64,000 nucleotides of DNA from Selenomonas bovis (GCA_902763085.1 CACWQW010000010.1:8608-72607), one strand, 5' to 3'. Positions 51,068 through 61,344 are shown, numbered from the stretch's first letter. Made by a program: numbers and translations. Notes: generated by a model not told the origin, from the letters alone.

Positions 51068-52600
51068 GTGTTTGCGAGATCGTATGGCGCGACGACGCGC
51101 GGGGTGGACGGTCAGCTCATCGACGTGGAGGTCGATGCGGGATTCGGCTTCCCCGCCTTCGATATCGTCGGCTTGCCGGACACCGCCGTCCGCGAGAGCA
51201 AGGAGCGCGTGCGCACCGCCATCAAGAATTCCGGCGTCAAGCTCAAGCAGGAGAAGGTCACGATCAACCTGGCGCCCGCCGACATCCGCAAGGACAGCTC
51301 CGGCCTCGACTTGCCCATCGCCGCGGGGTTGCTCGCGGCCTACGGCGTCCTGCCGGTCGAGAAGCTCGCGGGGAGCCTCTTTGCGGCGGAGCTCTCCCTC
51401 GAGGGGGAATGCCGTCCCGTGCAGGGCATCCTCTCGATGGTCATCGAGGCGAAGCGGCGGGGGCTGACCGCCGTCTTTGTCGCTCCGGCGAACGTCAACG
51501 AGGCGCTGCTCGTGCAGGGCATCGCGGTCTACGGCGTCGCCACGCTCGCGGACCTCGTGGCCCACCTCAAGGGGGAGCAGGAACTCCCCGCCGCCGTCCC
51601 CGCGCCCGCAGAGGAGTTGCAAGCGGGCTGGGCGGATGATTTCGCCGACGTGCAGGGACAGTACGCGGCGAAACGCGCGCTCGAGATCGCCGCAGCGGGC
51701 GGACACAACGTGCTGCTCGTCGGCGTGCCGGGCGCGGGCAAGACGATGCTCGCGCGGCGCGTGAGCTCCATCCTGCCCGCCTTGACGCCCGGGGAGGCGC
51801 TCGAGGTCACGAAGATCTACAGTATCGCAGGCCTCCTGCCGCGCGGCGGCGGCCTCGTCACGGAACGCCCGTTCCGCGCGCCGCATCACACGACGAGCAT
51901 GACGGCGATGATCGGCGGCGGCAGCATCCCACGGCCGGGCGAGGTCACGCTCGCCCATCACGGCGTGCTCTTCCTCGACGAGTTGCCGGAGTTCCAGAAA
52001 TCGACGCTCGAGGTGTTGCGCCAGCCTCTTGAGGATCGGGAGATCCTCGTGTCCCGGGTACATGCGTCGCTGAAATTCCCCTCGTCGTTCATGCTCGTGG
52101 CCGCGATGAATCCCTGTCCCTGCGGCTATCAGGGCGATGAGAGCAGCGGCCGCACCTGCGAGTGCACGCCAGGCGAGATCAAGCGCTACACGCGCAAGAT
52201 CTCAGGGCCTCTGCTCGACCGCATCGACATCCACATCCGCGTGCCGCGCGTGGCGTACAAGGAACTGACCTCGAAAGAGAAGGCAGAGTCCTCATCCGCC
52301 ATCCGCGCCCGCGTCGAGGCGGCGCGCCGCGTGCAGGAGGCGCGCCTGCAGGAGTACGGCAGGTTCTGCAACGCGCAGATGAACCACGCGCTGATCCAGC
52401 GGCTCTGCCCGCTCGACGCAGCGGCGCAGTCCCTGCTCGCGGCGGCGTTCGAGAAGCTCCATCTCTCCGCGCGCTCCTACGATCGCATCATCAAGGTCGC
52501 GCGCACGGTCGCGGACCTCGCGGGGAAAGAACAGATTGGCGCCGCCGAGGTCGGTGAGGCGATCCAGCTGCGCAACGACGTCGGCCTCCAGACCGACTGA
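51068..52600 (+). CDS. comM: ComM/YifB family ATPase
   Basis: VGLPDTAVRESKERV, INLAPAD, GVPGAGKT, LFLDELPEF, ISGPLLDRID. Confidence 0.93.
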   Translation: MFARSYGATTRGVDGQLIDVEVDAGFGFPAFDIVGLPDTAVRESKERVRTAIKNSGVKLKQEKVTINLAPADIRKDSSGLDLPIAAGLLAAYGVLPVEKLAGSLFAAELSLEGECRPVQGILSMVIEAKRRGLTAVFVAPANVNEALLVQGIAVYGVATLADLVAHLKGEQELPAAVPAPAEELQAGWADDFADVQGQYAAKRALEIAAAGGHNVLLVGVPGAGKTMLARRVSSILPALTPGEALEVTKIYSIAGLLPRGGGLVTERPFRAPHHTTSMTAMIGGGSIPRPGEVTLAHHGVLFLDELPEFQKSTLEVLRQPLEDREILVSRVHASLKFPSSFMLVAAMNPCPCGYQGDESSGRTCECTPGEIKRYTRKISGPLLDRIDIHIRVPRVAYKELTSKEKAESSSAIRARVEAARRVQEARLQEYGRFCNAQMNHALIQRLCPLDAAAQSLLAAAFEKLHLSARSYDRIIKVARTVADLAGKEQIGAAEVGEAIQLRNDVGLQTD

Positions 52601-52727
52601 GCGCGTGGCGCCGATCAAAAAGGCGAGAGTAGGGAAATCCGGGAAGCCTTCCCGCTGCCTTGCCGCCAGGCTGTCCGCGCGAGCGGCAGCTTGGCGGCTT
52701 GTTGTTGCGAAGAGAGGAGGAACGCTT

Positions 52728-55220
52728 TTGGAACGTACGGTCATGACGGCACAGGTCTTCGTCAACATCCCGGTCAAGAGCATCGCGAAGCCCTATACGT
52801 ATCGCGTGCCGCCGGAGCTCGCGCAGGTCGGTGCCGGCTGGCGTGTTTTCGTTCCCTTCGGCGGGCGCCGGGTCGAGGGATTCATCCTCGAGACGAAGCA
52901 GCAGACGGCGGCGGCGCTCGCGGGACTGCCGCTCAAGGACATCCTCGCCGCCGTCGACGAGGAAGCGTGGTTCCAGCCCGTCATGCTCGAGGAAGCGCGC
53001 TGGATGGCATCGTTCTACCTCTGCTCGCTCGCTGAGACGATGCGCCTCTTCATGCCGGGGAAGAGCGGACTGAAGATCACGGTCTCCTATGTGGTGGAGG
53101 AGGTGCCGGCAGATCACGTGCTGCTCGGCACCATCGAGCTGCGGCAGCTCTACATGTATATCGCCGCGCATGGACCCGTACGCCGCGCGCAGCTCAGGAA
53201 GCACTTTCCAGGGAACGATCATCTCCGGGACGATCTCGAAAAGCTCTGCGCACACCATCTCCTGCGCAAGGACTACGAGGCGACGAAACGCGACGCGGCG
53301 CGCTACGAGCGGTATGTCGTGCTGGAGGAGGCGCTGACGGCAGCGCGGCGGCAGGAATTCTCGCGCCGCCGCGCGCAGCTCGCGCTCTGGGAAGCCCTCG
53401 CGGCGCATGGCGGCAGGGCATCTTGCGGCGAGATCAAGGCGGCGGGGCACTCGCTGGCCACCGTGCAGAAGCTCGCGGAGGCGGGCATCGTCTCCGTGCG
53501 GCAGCGCCGCGTCCTGCGCGATAGCTACGCAGCGATGCACGAGCAGCAGACGGAGCGGCAGCTCACGTCGGAGCAGGCGGACGCCGTGCGCACCCTCGCG
53601 CCGCTCCTCGCCGCGCACGCCTTTCACGAGGCGTTGCTCTACGGCGTGACGGGCAGCGGCAAGACGCAGGTCTATATCGAGCTCGCGCGTCGCACGCGCC
53701 GCGCGGGCAGGCAGGTCATCGTGCTCGTGCCGGAGATCGCGCTCACGGGGCAGCTCGTGCGCGCGTTCAAGGCGTATTTTCACCAGGACATCATCGTCAT
53801 GCACAGCCGCCTGACGATCCCCGAGCGCAACGATGCCGTGCTCCGCGTGCGGCGCGGGGAGGCGGGCGTCATCATCGGCGCGCGCTCCGCGCTCTTCACG
53901 CCGGCGGCGGACGTCGGGCTCATCATCCTCGATGAGGAACAGGACATGAGCTACAAGCAGGACGAGTCACCGCGCTATCACGCGCGCGTCGTCGCCGAGG
54001 CGTTCGCCCGCCTCCAGCGCGCCGTGCTCGTGCTCGGCAGTGCGACGCCCTCCCTCGAGACGTACCACCGTGCGCGCCAGGGAGAGCTCCTGCTGCTCAC
54101 GATGCGCCACCGCGTCGGCGATATCCCGCTGCCAGACGTCTCCTGCGTCGACATGCGCGAGGAACTCCGCCTCGGCAACCGCCACATCATCTCACGGCCA
54201 CTCGAAGCGCTCATCCGTCAGACGCTCGCCGCGCACGAGCAGATCATCATCATGCTGAATCGGCGCGGCTACTCGACGTTCGTCATGTGCCGCTCCTGCG
54301 GGGAAGTCATCAAATGCCCCGAGTGCGGCCTGCCGCTCGTATACCATCAGGGGCGGGGAGGGGACGGCGCGCCGCGCGGCGTCATGGTCTGCCACCACTG
54401 CGACATCCGCCAGGCGGTCCCCGATACGTGTCCGCACTGCGGCAGCCGCTACATCAAGTACTTCGGCTCGGGCACGGAAAAGCTCGAGCAGGAACTCCGC
54501 GCCCTCGTGCCGGAGGCGCGCGTCGTGCGCATGGACCGCGACACGACGGGTGCGAAATTCGCCCATCAGGACATCCTGTGCCGCTTCCGCGCGGGGGAGT
54601 ACGACATCCTGCTCGGCACGCAGATGGTCGCCAAGGGCCACGACATCCCCAATGTCACCGCCGTGGGCATCATCAGCGCCGACGCGAGCCTCAACATGCC
54701 AGACTTCCGCGCGGCGGAGCGCTGCTTCATGCTCATCACCCAGACGGCAGGGCGTGCGGGTCGCCACGTGGGCAAGGACCACCGAGGCAAAGTGCTCGTG
54801 CAGACGTACAACACGGAGCACTACGCCGTGCAGTGCGGCATGCGGCAGGACTACGCCGGCTTCTATGCGCAGGAGATCAAACTGCGCGAGGCGCTCGGCT
54901 ATCCGCCCTTTACGCGCCTCGTCAAGCTGCTCTTCCAAGACGAATGCGAGCAGGCGGCGCGCGCCCGGGCGGACGCTTTTGTCGCTGCCTTCCGCGGTCA
55001 CTTCGGTGCGGCGCCGCTGACGTCACCGCCAGATGCGCACCGCCTGGCAGACGCCATCGGCCCCGCCCCCGCTCTCATCGCGAAATTCCGCCGTCGCTAC
55101 CGCTTCGTCGTACTCATCAAGGCCTGGGATCTCACCGCCGTGCAGGACTTCCTCCGCAGCCAGAAGCTGCACCTGCGCACCAACGTCGCCATCGACATCG
55201 ATCCCATCACGATGATGTAG
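52728..55220 (+). CDS. priA: Primosomal protein N'
   Basis: GVTGSGKT, VPEIALT, DEEQD, SATPS, Cys-rich region, GTQMVAKG. Confidence 0.95.
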   Translation: MERTVMTAQVFVNIPVKSIAKPYTYRVPPELAQVGAGWRVFVPFGGRRVEGFILETKQQTAAALAGLPLKDILAAVDEEAWFQPVMLEEARWMASFYLCSLAETMRLFMPGKSGLKITVSYVVEEVPADHVLLGTIELRQLYMYIAAHGPVRRAQLRKHFPGNDHLRDDLEKLCAHHLLRKDYEATKRDAARYERYVVLEEALTAARRQEFSRRRAQLALWEALAAHGGRASCGEIKAAGHSLATVQKLAEAGIVSVRQRRVLRDSYAAMHEQQTERQLTSEQADAVRTLAPLLAAHAFHEALLYGVTGSGKTQVYIELARRTRRAGRQVIVLVPEIALTGQLVRAFKAYFHQDIIVMHSRLTIPERNDAVLRVRRGEAGVIIGARSALFTPAADVGLIILDEEQDMSYKQDESPRYHARVVAEAFARLQRAVLVLGSATPSLETYHRARQGELLLLTMRHRVGDIPLPDVSCVDMREELRLGNRHIISRPLEALIRQTLAAHEQIIIMLNRRGYSTFVMCRSCGEVIKCPECGLPLVYHQGRGGDGAPRGVMVCHHCDIRQAVPDTCPHCGSRYIKYFGSGTEKLEQELRALVPEARVVRMDRDTTGAKFAHQDILCRFRAGEYDILLGTQMVAKGHDIPNVTAVGIISADASLNMPDFRAAERCFMLITQTAGRAGRHVGKDHRGKVLVQTYNTEHYAVQCGMRQDYAGFYAQEIKLREALGYPPFTRLVKLLFQDECEQAARARADAFVAAFRGHFGAAPLTSPPDAHRLADAIGPAPALIAKFRRRYRFVVLIKAWDLTAVQDFLRSQKLHLRTNVAIDIDPITMM

Positions 55221-55371
55221 GCGAGGGGAGAGAGGCGTGGTATAAAAACGTGGATTCGCTGTGTAATATGGAGACAGGAGACAGGAGCCTCGCGTCTCAT
55301 CGGAAGTCTCCATTGCGGAACGCAAGGAATCAGGATGTGGGATCAGAGAAAGCAACAGGTCGGGGAGGTCT

Positions 55372-56007
55372 ATGAAGAGTTATCGTACCGTCAAGGGAAC
55401 GGCGGAGGCCGTTTATGAGATCCAGAAGTCGCGGTTCCTGACGCATGTGAGCCATGCGGGGAGCGAGCAGGAGGCGCGCGCGTTCATCCAGGCGCGGAAG
55501 AAGGCGTTCTTCGATGCGCGGCATAATTGCTCCGCCTACGTGCTCGGCGCGGAGGGCGCGAAGCAGAAGTCGAATGATGATGGCGAGCCGGGCGGCACGG
55601 CGGGGAATCCGATGCTCGAGGCGATCAAGCAGAAGGGGCTCACGGATGTCGTCGTCGTCGTTACGCGCTATTTCGGCGGCATCAAGCTCGGCGCGGGCGG
55701 GCTCATCCGCGCCTACAGCCACAGTGCGGTGCTCGGGCTCGAGGCCGCGGAGCTTGTGGAGATGACGCCGTTCGCCGTGGTGCATCTCCACCTCGACTAC
55801 AGCCTGCTCGCGCCTGTCGAGCGGTATCTGCGGCAGCAGGGGGTCCGCACGGGGGACGTCGTCTACGCGGAGCGCGTCATGATGCCGCTCTTGCTGCGCG
55901 CAGAGGAGCGGGACGCGGTCTGCGCCGGGCTCACGGACCTCACCGCCGGACGCTGCCGCTTCGAGGAGGCGGGCGAGCGTGTGCTCGCCGTCCCGCTGGA
56001 CGCGTGA
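55372..56007 (+). CDS. yigZ: YigZ/IMPACT family protein
   Basis: KSRF, ARHNCSAY, DDGEPGGTAG, TRYFGGIKLGAGGLIRAY. Confidence 0.93.
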   Translation: MKSYRTVKGTAEAVYEIQKSRFLTHVSHAGSEQEARAFIQARKKAFFDARHNCSAYVLGAEGAKQKSNDDGEPGGTAGNPMLEAIKQKGLTDVVVVVTRYFGGIKLGAGGLIRAYSHSAVLGLEAAELVEMTPFAVVHLHLDYSLLAPVERYLRQQGVRTGDVVYAERVMMPLLLRAEERDAVCAGLTDLTAGRCRFEEAGERVLAVPLDA

Positions 56008-56086
56008 GGGATCAACGACAGGAAGAGAGAAAAGCAGCCTGTGATCGAGAGAAAAGTTCGGTCACAGGCTGTTCGTGCGTTTGCGG

Positions 56087-57313
56087 TCATTCGCCGCGCT
56101 TGGCGGTCAAGTAGCGGTCCATGGCTTCCGCGACGAGCTTGGAGTTCTTCACGGTCTGGATGACGTTCCACGGGCCGAGTACGACGTCACCGCCCGAGAA
56201 GACGCCCTCGCGGCTCGTCTCGCCGTTGCCGTGCACGGCGATGAGCCCCTTGTCGTTGAGCGCGAGGCCCGTCGTCGTGTTGACGATCTTGCTCTTCGTC
56301 GTCTGGCTCGCGGCGATGATCGTCGTGTCCGCGGGGTAAAGTGCAGGCTCGCCCTCCTCGATGACGTTGCCCTCCGCGTCGAACGTGCGCTCGCGAAAGA
56401 GCGGCCCGTCCGGCGTGAGCTCGGCGACGCCGAGACCGTACTCGAAGTCGACGCCGTCGGCGAGCGCGTAGTCGATCTCACGCTGGCTCGCGCGTGCCTT
56501 CTGCCCGCGGCAGTAGATCGTCACGTGCTGGCTACCCATGCGGACGGCGGTGCGGGCGACGTCCATCGCTGAGTTGCCGCCGCCGATGACGGCGACGCGG
56601 TCGCCGAGCTCGTAGACCTCGGGATTCTGCAGGTAGTCGACGGCGTAGGCGACGTTGCCGAGGCTCTCGCCGCGCACGTTCAGGCGGCGCGCCTTCCAGG
56701 CGCCGGAGCCGATGAAGACGGCGTCGAAGCCATCGGCGAAGAGGTCGTCGAGGTAGAGCGCCTCGCCGATCGTCGTGTTCGGGCGGATGCGGATGCCGAG
56801 CGCCTGCAGTTTCGTCTGGTAGCGCTCGAGGATGGATTTCGGCAGGCGGAACTCCGGGATGCCGTAGCGCATCATGCCGCCGATCTTGTCCTTGCGCTCG
56901 AAGATCGTGATGTCGTAGCCGCGCTGCGCGAGGCGCACGGCGACGGTGATGCCGGCAGGGCCGGAACCGATGACGGCGATCTGCTGGTGCTTGGCGGGCT
57001 CGCGCTCGAGCACCGCCCAGTCGAGGTAGGCGTCGGAGATGTAGTGCTCGATGCTCGAGATCTGCACGGGGCTGCCCTTGCGCCCCTGGATGCAGTGCCC
57101 CTCGCACTGCGCCTCATGGTCGCAGACGAGGGAGCAGACGACGCTCATCGGGTTGTTCGCGAAAAGCATGGCGCCCGCTTCCCGGCTCTTGCCCGCGAGG
57201 AAGAGACGGATCATCTCAGGGATGTTCGTCTGTGCCGGACAGCCCTTGAGCCGGCACAGCGGCTTCTTGCACTGCAGACAGCGGCGCGCCTCGTTGATAA
57301 CATGTACAGCCAT
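56087..57313 (-). CDS. GltD-like Fe-S flavoprotein / NAD(P)-dependent oxidoreductase
   Basis: RCLQC..C..GCP, CSLVC..CEGHC, GSGPAG, YGIPEFRLPK, GGGNSAMD. Confidence 0.9.
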   Translation of the reverse strand: MAVHVINEARRCLQCKKPLCRLKGCPAQTNIPEMIRLFLAGKSREAGAMLFANNPMSVVCSLVCDHEAQCEGHCIQGRKGSPVQISSIEHYISDAYLDWAVLEREPAKHQQIAVIGSGPAGITVAVRLAQRGYDITIFERKDKIGGMMRYGIPEFRLPKSILERYQTKLQALGIRIRPNTTIGEALYLDDLFADGFDAVFIGSGAWKARRLNVRGESLGNVAYAVDYLQNPEVYELGDRVAVIGGGNSAMDVARTAVRMGSQHVTIYCRGQKARASQREIDYALADGVDFEYGLGVAELTPDGPLFRERTFDAEGNVIEEGEPALYPADTTIIAASQTTKSKIVNTTTGLALNDKGLIAVHGNGETSREGVFSGGDVVLGPWNVIQTVKNSKLVAEAMDRYLTAKRGE

Positions 57314-57461
57314 AGTACTTCCTTTCTATTCATCGTTACTGGCAAAATGTTTGCTTTCATATTACTAAGACCAGCTACTAAAGTCAATGGAAAAAGTTTC
57401 GCTTTCCAACGCTGTCAGCATATAGTAAAATAGAAGGAAATAGTGTGCAGGAGGGTACATC

Positions 57462-58244
57462 ATGGAAAGACTCGGATTCATTGGTATGGGAAATATGGCG
57501 CAGGCGCTGGCGCTCGGCTTCATCCGCTCCGGCAGTATCGCGAAGACGGCGGTCTTCGCTTACGCGCCGCATCAGGACAAGCTCAAAAAAAATGCGGCCT
57601 CCATCGGCTTTACGCCGCTGGGGTCGCTCACGGAGCTTGCCGAGACCTGTGATACGCTCGTCATGGCGTGCAAGCCCTACCAGATCGAGGGCGTCGTCCA
57701 AGAGCTCGGCGATCTCCTCGAAGGGAAGGCATTGCTCTCCATCGCTGCGGGCTGGGATTTCGCGCGCTATCAGTCCGTCCTGCCGCAGGGCACGCGCGTG
57801 CAGTTCATCATGCCGAACACGCCGGCGATGGTCGCGGAGGGCGTGCTGCTCTTCGAGGAGACGAATTCGCTCACGGAGGAAGAGCACGCGGACGCCGTCC
57901 GCCTCTTTGCCTCCGTCGGCCTCGTGCAGGAGCTGCCGTCATCCCTCATGGGCATCGGCGGCACGGTCACGGGCTGCGGTCCAGCCTTCGTCGACCTCTT
58001 CCTCGAGGCGTACGGCGACGCAGCGGTGAAATACGGCATGAAGCGCAGCGACGCCTATCGGCTGATCAGCCAGATGGTGCTCGGCTCCGCGAAGCTCCAG
58101 CGCGAGACAGGCCTGCACCCGGGCGTCCTCAAGGACAACGTCTGCTCGCCTGCGGGCACGACGATCCGCGGCGTCGCGGCACTCGAGCGCGATGGGTTCC
58201 GCAGCGCCTGCATCCGCTCCATCGACGCGATCATGGAGAAGTGA
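57462..58244 (+). CDS. proC: Pyrroline-5-carboxylate reductase
   Basis: GFIGMGNMA, MPNTP, GCGPAF, VCSPAGTT. Confidence 0.95.
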   Translation: MERLGFIGMGNMAQALALGFIRSGSIAKTAVFAYAPHQDKLKKNAASIGFTPLGSLTELAETCDTLVMACKPYQIEGVVQELGDLLEGKALLSIAAGWDFARYQSVLPQGTRVQFIMPNTPAMVAEGVLLFEETNSLTEEEHADAVRLFASVGLVQELPSSLMGIGGTVTGCGPAFVDLFLEAYGDAAVKYGMKRSDAYRLISQMVLGSAKLQRETGLHPGVLKDNVCSPAGTTIRGVAALERDGFRSACIRSIDAIMEK

Positions 58245-58248
58245 TCCC

Positions 58249-58467
58249 TTAGAACTCGATGGCGCAGTCCGGCTCGATGTCGCGGCACGCCGCGAGCACG
58301 CGCGGCATGACCTCGGCGGGATCGGCACCGTCGGCGAACGTCACTTTCATCTTGAGCATCATGAAATTCACGGAGGCGTCAGCGACGCCTTCTATTTTTT
58401 TGGCAGCATCCTCCATGCGGTTCGCGCAGTTCGCGCAGTCGACCTCGATCTTGTACGTTTTCTTCAT
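58249..58467 (-). CDS. Stand-alone heavy-metal-associated (HMA) domain protein
   Basis: DCANCA metal-binding motif, 72 aa, SD AAGGAGG. Confidence 0.88.
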   Translation of the reverse strand: MKKTYKIEVDCANCANRMEDAAKKIEGVADASVNFMMLKMKVTFADGADPAEVMPRVLAACRDIEPDCAIEF

Positions 58468-58485
58468 GAGAGTCCTCCTTTTTAC

Positions 58486-58505
58486 ATATGAGCAATCATT
58501 CATAT
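58486..58505. promoter_or_regulatory. ArsR/SmtB(CadC)-type operator
   Basis: ATATGA-GCAATCAT-TCATAT palindrome just upstream of the HMA gene. Confidence 0.65.
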
Positions 58506-58759
58506 TACACTCCAAGTATAGCGGATGCGCCGCCGTTTGGCAAGGGAAAATGCGGTGGTCTGGCCGCTGTTTTTTGCTTCAAATTTCATAGACACACGTT
58601 TCATTCCGTGGTATTCTTTAGGAGACATCAGGAACAATCTGACATGGGCGCGCCGCGCCGCTGAAACGCCTGGTGTACGAAAGGAGCGCTGTCCAGATGT
58701 GCGGGACTTTTCCCGCTTGGCGAATAGGTGCAGCGCGGGAAGGTTGTGTTACAAGCGCC

Positions 58760-60139
58760 ATGAAAGAAAACAAGATGAACAGGGGACTCAAGAACCGCCA
58801 TCTGCAGCTCATCTCCCTCGGAGGTGTCATCGGCAGCGGCTATTTCCTCGGCACGGGCTACGTCCTCGAGAAGGCGGGCCCTGCCTCGATCCTTGCGTAT
58901 CTGCTCGGCGGCATCATCGTGCTCTGCGTCATGCTCTGTCTCGCGGAGCTCGCGGTGGAGAAGCCGGTGTCTGGTTCTTTTGTCATGTATGCCAAGGAGA
59001 ACATCTCCTCGACCTGGGCGTGCGGCGTCGGCTGGGCGTACTGGATCACCTGGGTGGCATACGTGCCGTCGGAGATGATCGCCGCGGGCATCATCATGAG
59101 TAATTTCGTGCCGGCGGTCAGTCAGCTCTGGTGGGCAGTCCTCTTCGGCCTGCTCGTGACCGTCATCAATCTGTTCCATGTGGATAAATTTGGTGAAAGC
59201 GAGTTCTGGCTCGCCCTGTTCAAGATCGTGGCGCTTGTCGCGTTCAGTATCGTCGCGGGGCTCATCTGCCTCGGCGTCATCGGCGACCAGGGGTATCTCG
59301 GCGCGCGCGTGCTGCTCGGCAGCGGCGGCTTCGCGCCGAATGGCTACTGGTCGATCATCCTCACGATGGTCATCATCCTCGTGAATTTCCAGGGGACGGA
59401 GATCATTGGGCTCGCCGCGGGCGAGTGCAAGAATCCGGAGAAGAGCATTCCGATCGCCGTGCGCAACGTGACGTGGCGCATCATCGCGCTCTACATCATC
59501 CCCATCTCGCTGCTCATCTCCATCCTGCCCTGGGATCAGGCGGGGCTCGATGAGAGCGTCTTCGCGGCGGCACTCGCAAACTATGGCATGACGGGACTTT
59601 CCTCGTTCTTCGCCTTCGTCATCCTCACGGCGGCGATCTCCTGCTCGAACTCCGGTCTCTACGGCGCGGCGCGCGCGATGTATTCGCTCGCACGGCTTGA
59701 CATGGCGCCGCACTTCCTCGGCAGGATCAATAAGAATGGCATGCCGTCGAAGGCGATCCTGCTCTCCATCTGCGCCTGCTGGGCCGTCATCTTGCTCTAC
59801 AGCATCGAGCCGGACTCCGCCGTCTATACGTATCTGCTCGCGGTCTCGGGCTTCACGGGGGCGATCGCCTGGATCTCTATCTGCTGGAGCCAGTACCGCC
59901 GCCGCCGTCAGCTCATGCGGACGGGAGAGGACGCGGCGCTGAAGTTCCGCACGCCGCTCTTCCCGTACGTGACGCTTTTCGGCATCTGGGCGCAGGTCTT
60001 CTGCCTCGTGGTCATGGCGTTCACGCCGGACCTGCGCGACGCGCTCTACGCAGGGCTGCCGATGCTGCTCCTGCCGATGGGCTGGTACCGCCTGCGCGCC
60101 CTGCGCCGCAAGGCCGTCGCCGCCCGCATGGCGCACTGA
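58760..60139 (+). CDS. APC-family amino acid permease (start may be ATG 58697)
   Basis: LKNRHLQLISLGGVIGSG, FGESEFW, FQGTEIIG; about 12 TM segments. Confidence 0.93.
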   Translation: MKENKMNRGLKNRHLQLISLGGVIGSGYFLGTGYVLEKAGPASILAYLLGGIIVLCVMLCLAELAVEKPVSGSFVMYAKENISSTWACGVGWAYWITWVAYVPSEMIAAGIIMSNFVPAVSQLWWAVLFGLLVTVINLFHVDKFGESEFWLALFKIVALVAFSIVAGLICLGVIGDQGYLGARVLLGSGGFAPNGYWSIILTMVIILVNFQGTEIIGLAAGECKNPEKSIPIAVRNVTWRIIALYIIPISLLISILPWDQAGLDESVFAAALANYGMTGLSSFFAFVILTAAISCSNSGLYGAARAMYSLARLDMAPHFLGRINKNGMPSKAILLSICACWAVILLYSIEPDSAVYTYLLAVSGFTGAIAWISICWSQYRRRRQLMRTGEDAALKFRTPLFPYVTLFGIWAQVFCLVVMAFTPDLRDALYAGLPMLLLPMGWYRLRALRRKAVAARMAH

Positions 60140-60176
60140 GGACGTCGCCTTAGCGTTTCCGATCTCCGTTCTTCAC

Positions 60177-60208
60177 GCCGCTCTCTGGATTCAGAGGGCG
60201 GCTTTTTA
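60177..60208 (+). terminator. Intrinsic terminator after the permease
   Basis: GCCGCTCTCTG..CAGAGGGCGGC plus TTTTT. Confidence 0.8.
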
Positions 60209-60249
60209 TGTGCGAAAAATGGATGTAGCTGCGAGGAGAGCAACTTCTA

Positions 60250-60294
60250 TTCGACTATTCGCCCTATTGACATTTTGACTATAAGCAATATAAT
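60250..60294 (+). promoter_or_regulatory. Promoter of the GH130 operon with CtsR-like heptads
   Basis: TTGACA(60267)-TTTTGACT..16 bp-TATAAT(60289); first 13 nt identical to the clpB promoter. Confidence 0.65.
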
Positions 60295-60345
60295 AAAAAT
60301 ATGCTATAGAATAAATCTATGAAATATATCGGAGGAGTGAGCTGC

Positions 60346-61344
60346 ATGTCCAAACGTTTTCAGACGAAGCTGGCCGGCGACGGGCAGCGTCAGTACGATG
60401 AGTTGTTCCGCCGCTATGAGGACAACCCGATCCTTTCCTCGCATGACTGGCCGTATCCGGTCAATACGGTCTTCAATCCGGCGGCGACGATGATTGACGG
60501 CAAGGTGCTCTTGCTCGCGCGCGTCGAGGATCGCCGCGGCATATCGCATCTGACGAAGGCCGTGAGCGCCGACGGGTACAGGAATTGGAAGATCGACGAG
60601 GAGCCGACGCTCGAGCCGGATCCCGAGCATTTCCCCGAGGATAAATGGGGCATCGAGGACCCGCGTATCACGTATCTGCCGGAGCTCAAGGAGTACGCCG
60701 TGACCTTCACGTCGTACTCGGGCGGCGGCCCGCTCGTTTCGCTTGCGCTCACGAAGGATTTCCATCATTTCAAGCGCCTTGGTCCGGTCACGACGCCGGA
60801 TGACAAGGATGCAGCGCTGTTCCCGCGGCGCATCGAGGGGAAATGGTGGCTCATCCATCGCCCGGTGAGCCCGATGACGGACGGCACGGGCTGCCACATC
60901 TGGGTGTCGAAGTCTCCGGACATGCATTACTGGGGCGAGCCGGAGCCGCTGCTGCTCGCGCGCAAGGGCGGCTGGTGGGACGCGAACAAGATCGGCCTCT
61001 CCGCGCCGCCGCTCGAGACGCCGGACGGCTGGCTCTTGCTCTACCATGGCGTGCGCACGACGTGTGCGGGCGCCATCTACCGCCTCGGGCTCGCGCTGCT
61101 CGACCATGCGAACCCGATGAAGGTGCTGCGGCGCAGCGATGAGTGGATCTTCGGCCCACGCGAGGAGTACGAGCGCAAGGGCGACGTGGCGGATGTCGTG
61201 TTCCCCTGCGGCTGGGTGTACGACAAGGAGACGGACGAGATCAAGATGTACTACGGCGGCGCCGATACGTGCATCGCGCTCGCGGTCACGACGCGCAAGG
61301 AGCTGCTCGACTACCTGAAGACGTGCCCGGCGCCGGAGGCGTGA
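60346..61344 (+). CDS. GH130-like glycoside hydrolase/phosphorylase
   Basis: NPIL, VFNPAA, GIEDPRIT, DKDAALFP, IHRP, YHGV, VVFPCG, YYGGADT. Confidence 0.88.
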   Translation: MSKRFQTKLAGDGQRQYDELFRRYEDNPILSSHDWPYPVNTVFNPAATMIDGKVLLLARVEDRRGISHLTKAVSADGYRNWKIDEEPTLEPDPEHFPEDKWGIEDPRITYLPELKEYAVTFTSYSGGGPLVSLALTKDFHHFKRLGPVTTPDDKDAALFPRRIEGKWWLIHRPVSPMTDGTGCHIWVSKSPDMHYWGEPEPLLLARKGGWWDANKIGLSAPPLETPDGWLLLYHGVRTTCAGAIYRLGLALLDHANPMKVLRRSDEWIFGPREEYERKGDVADVVFPCGWVYDKETDEIKMYYGGADTCIALAVTTRKELLDYLKTCPAPEA

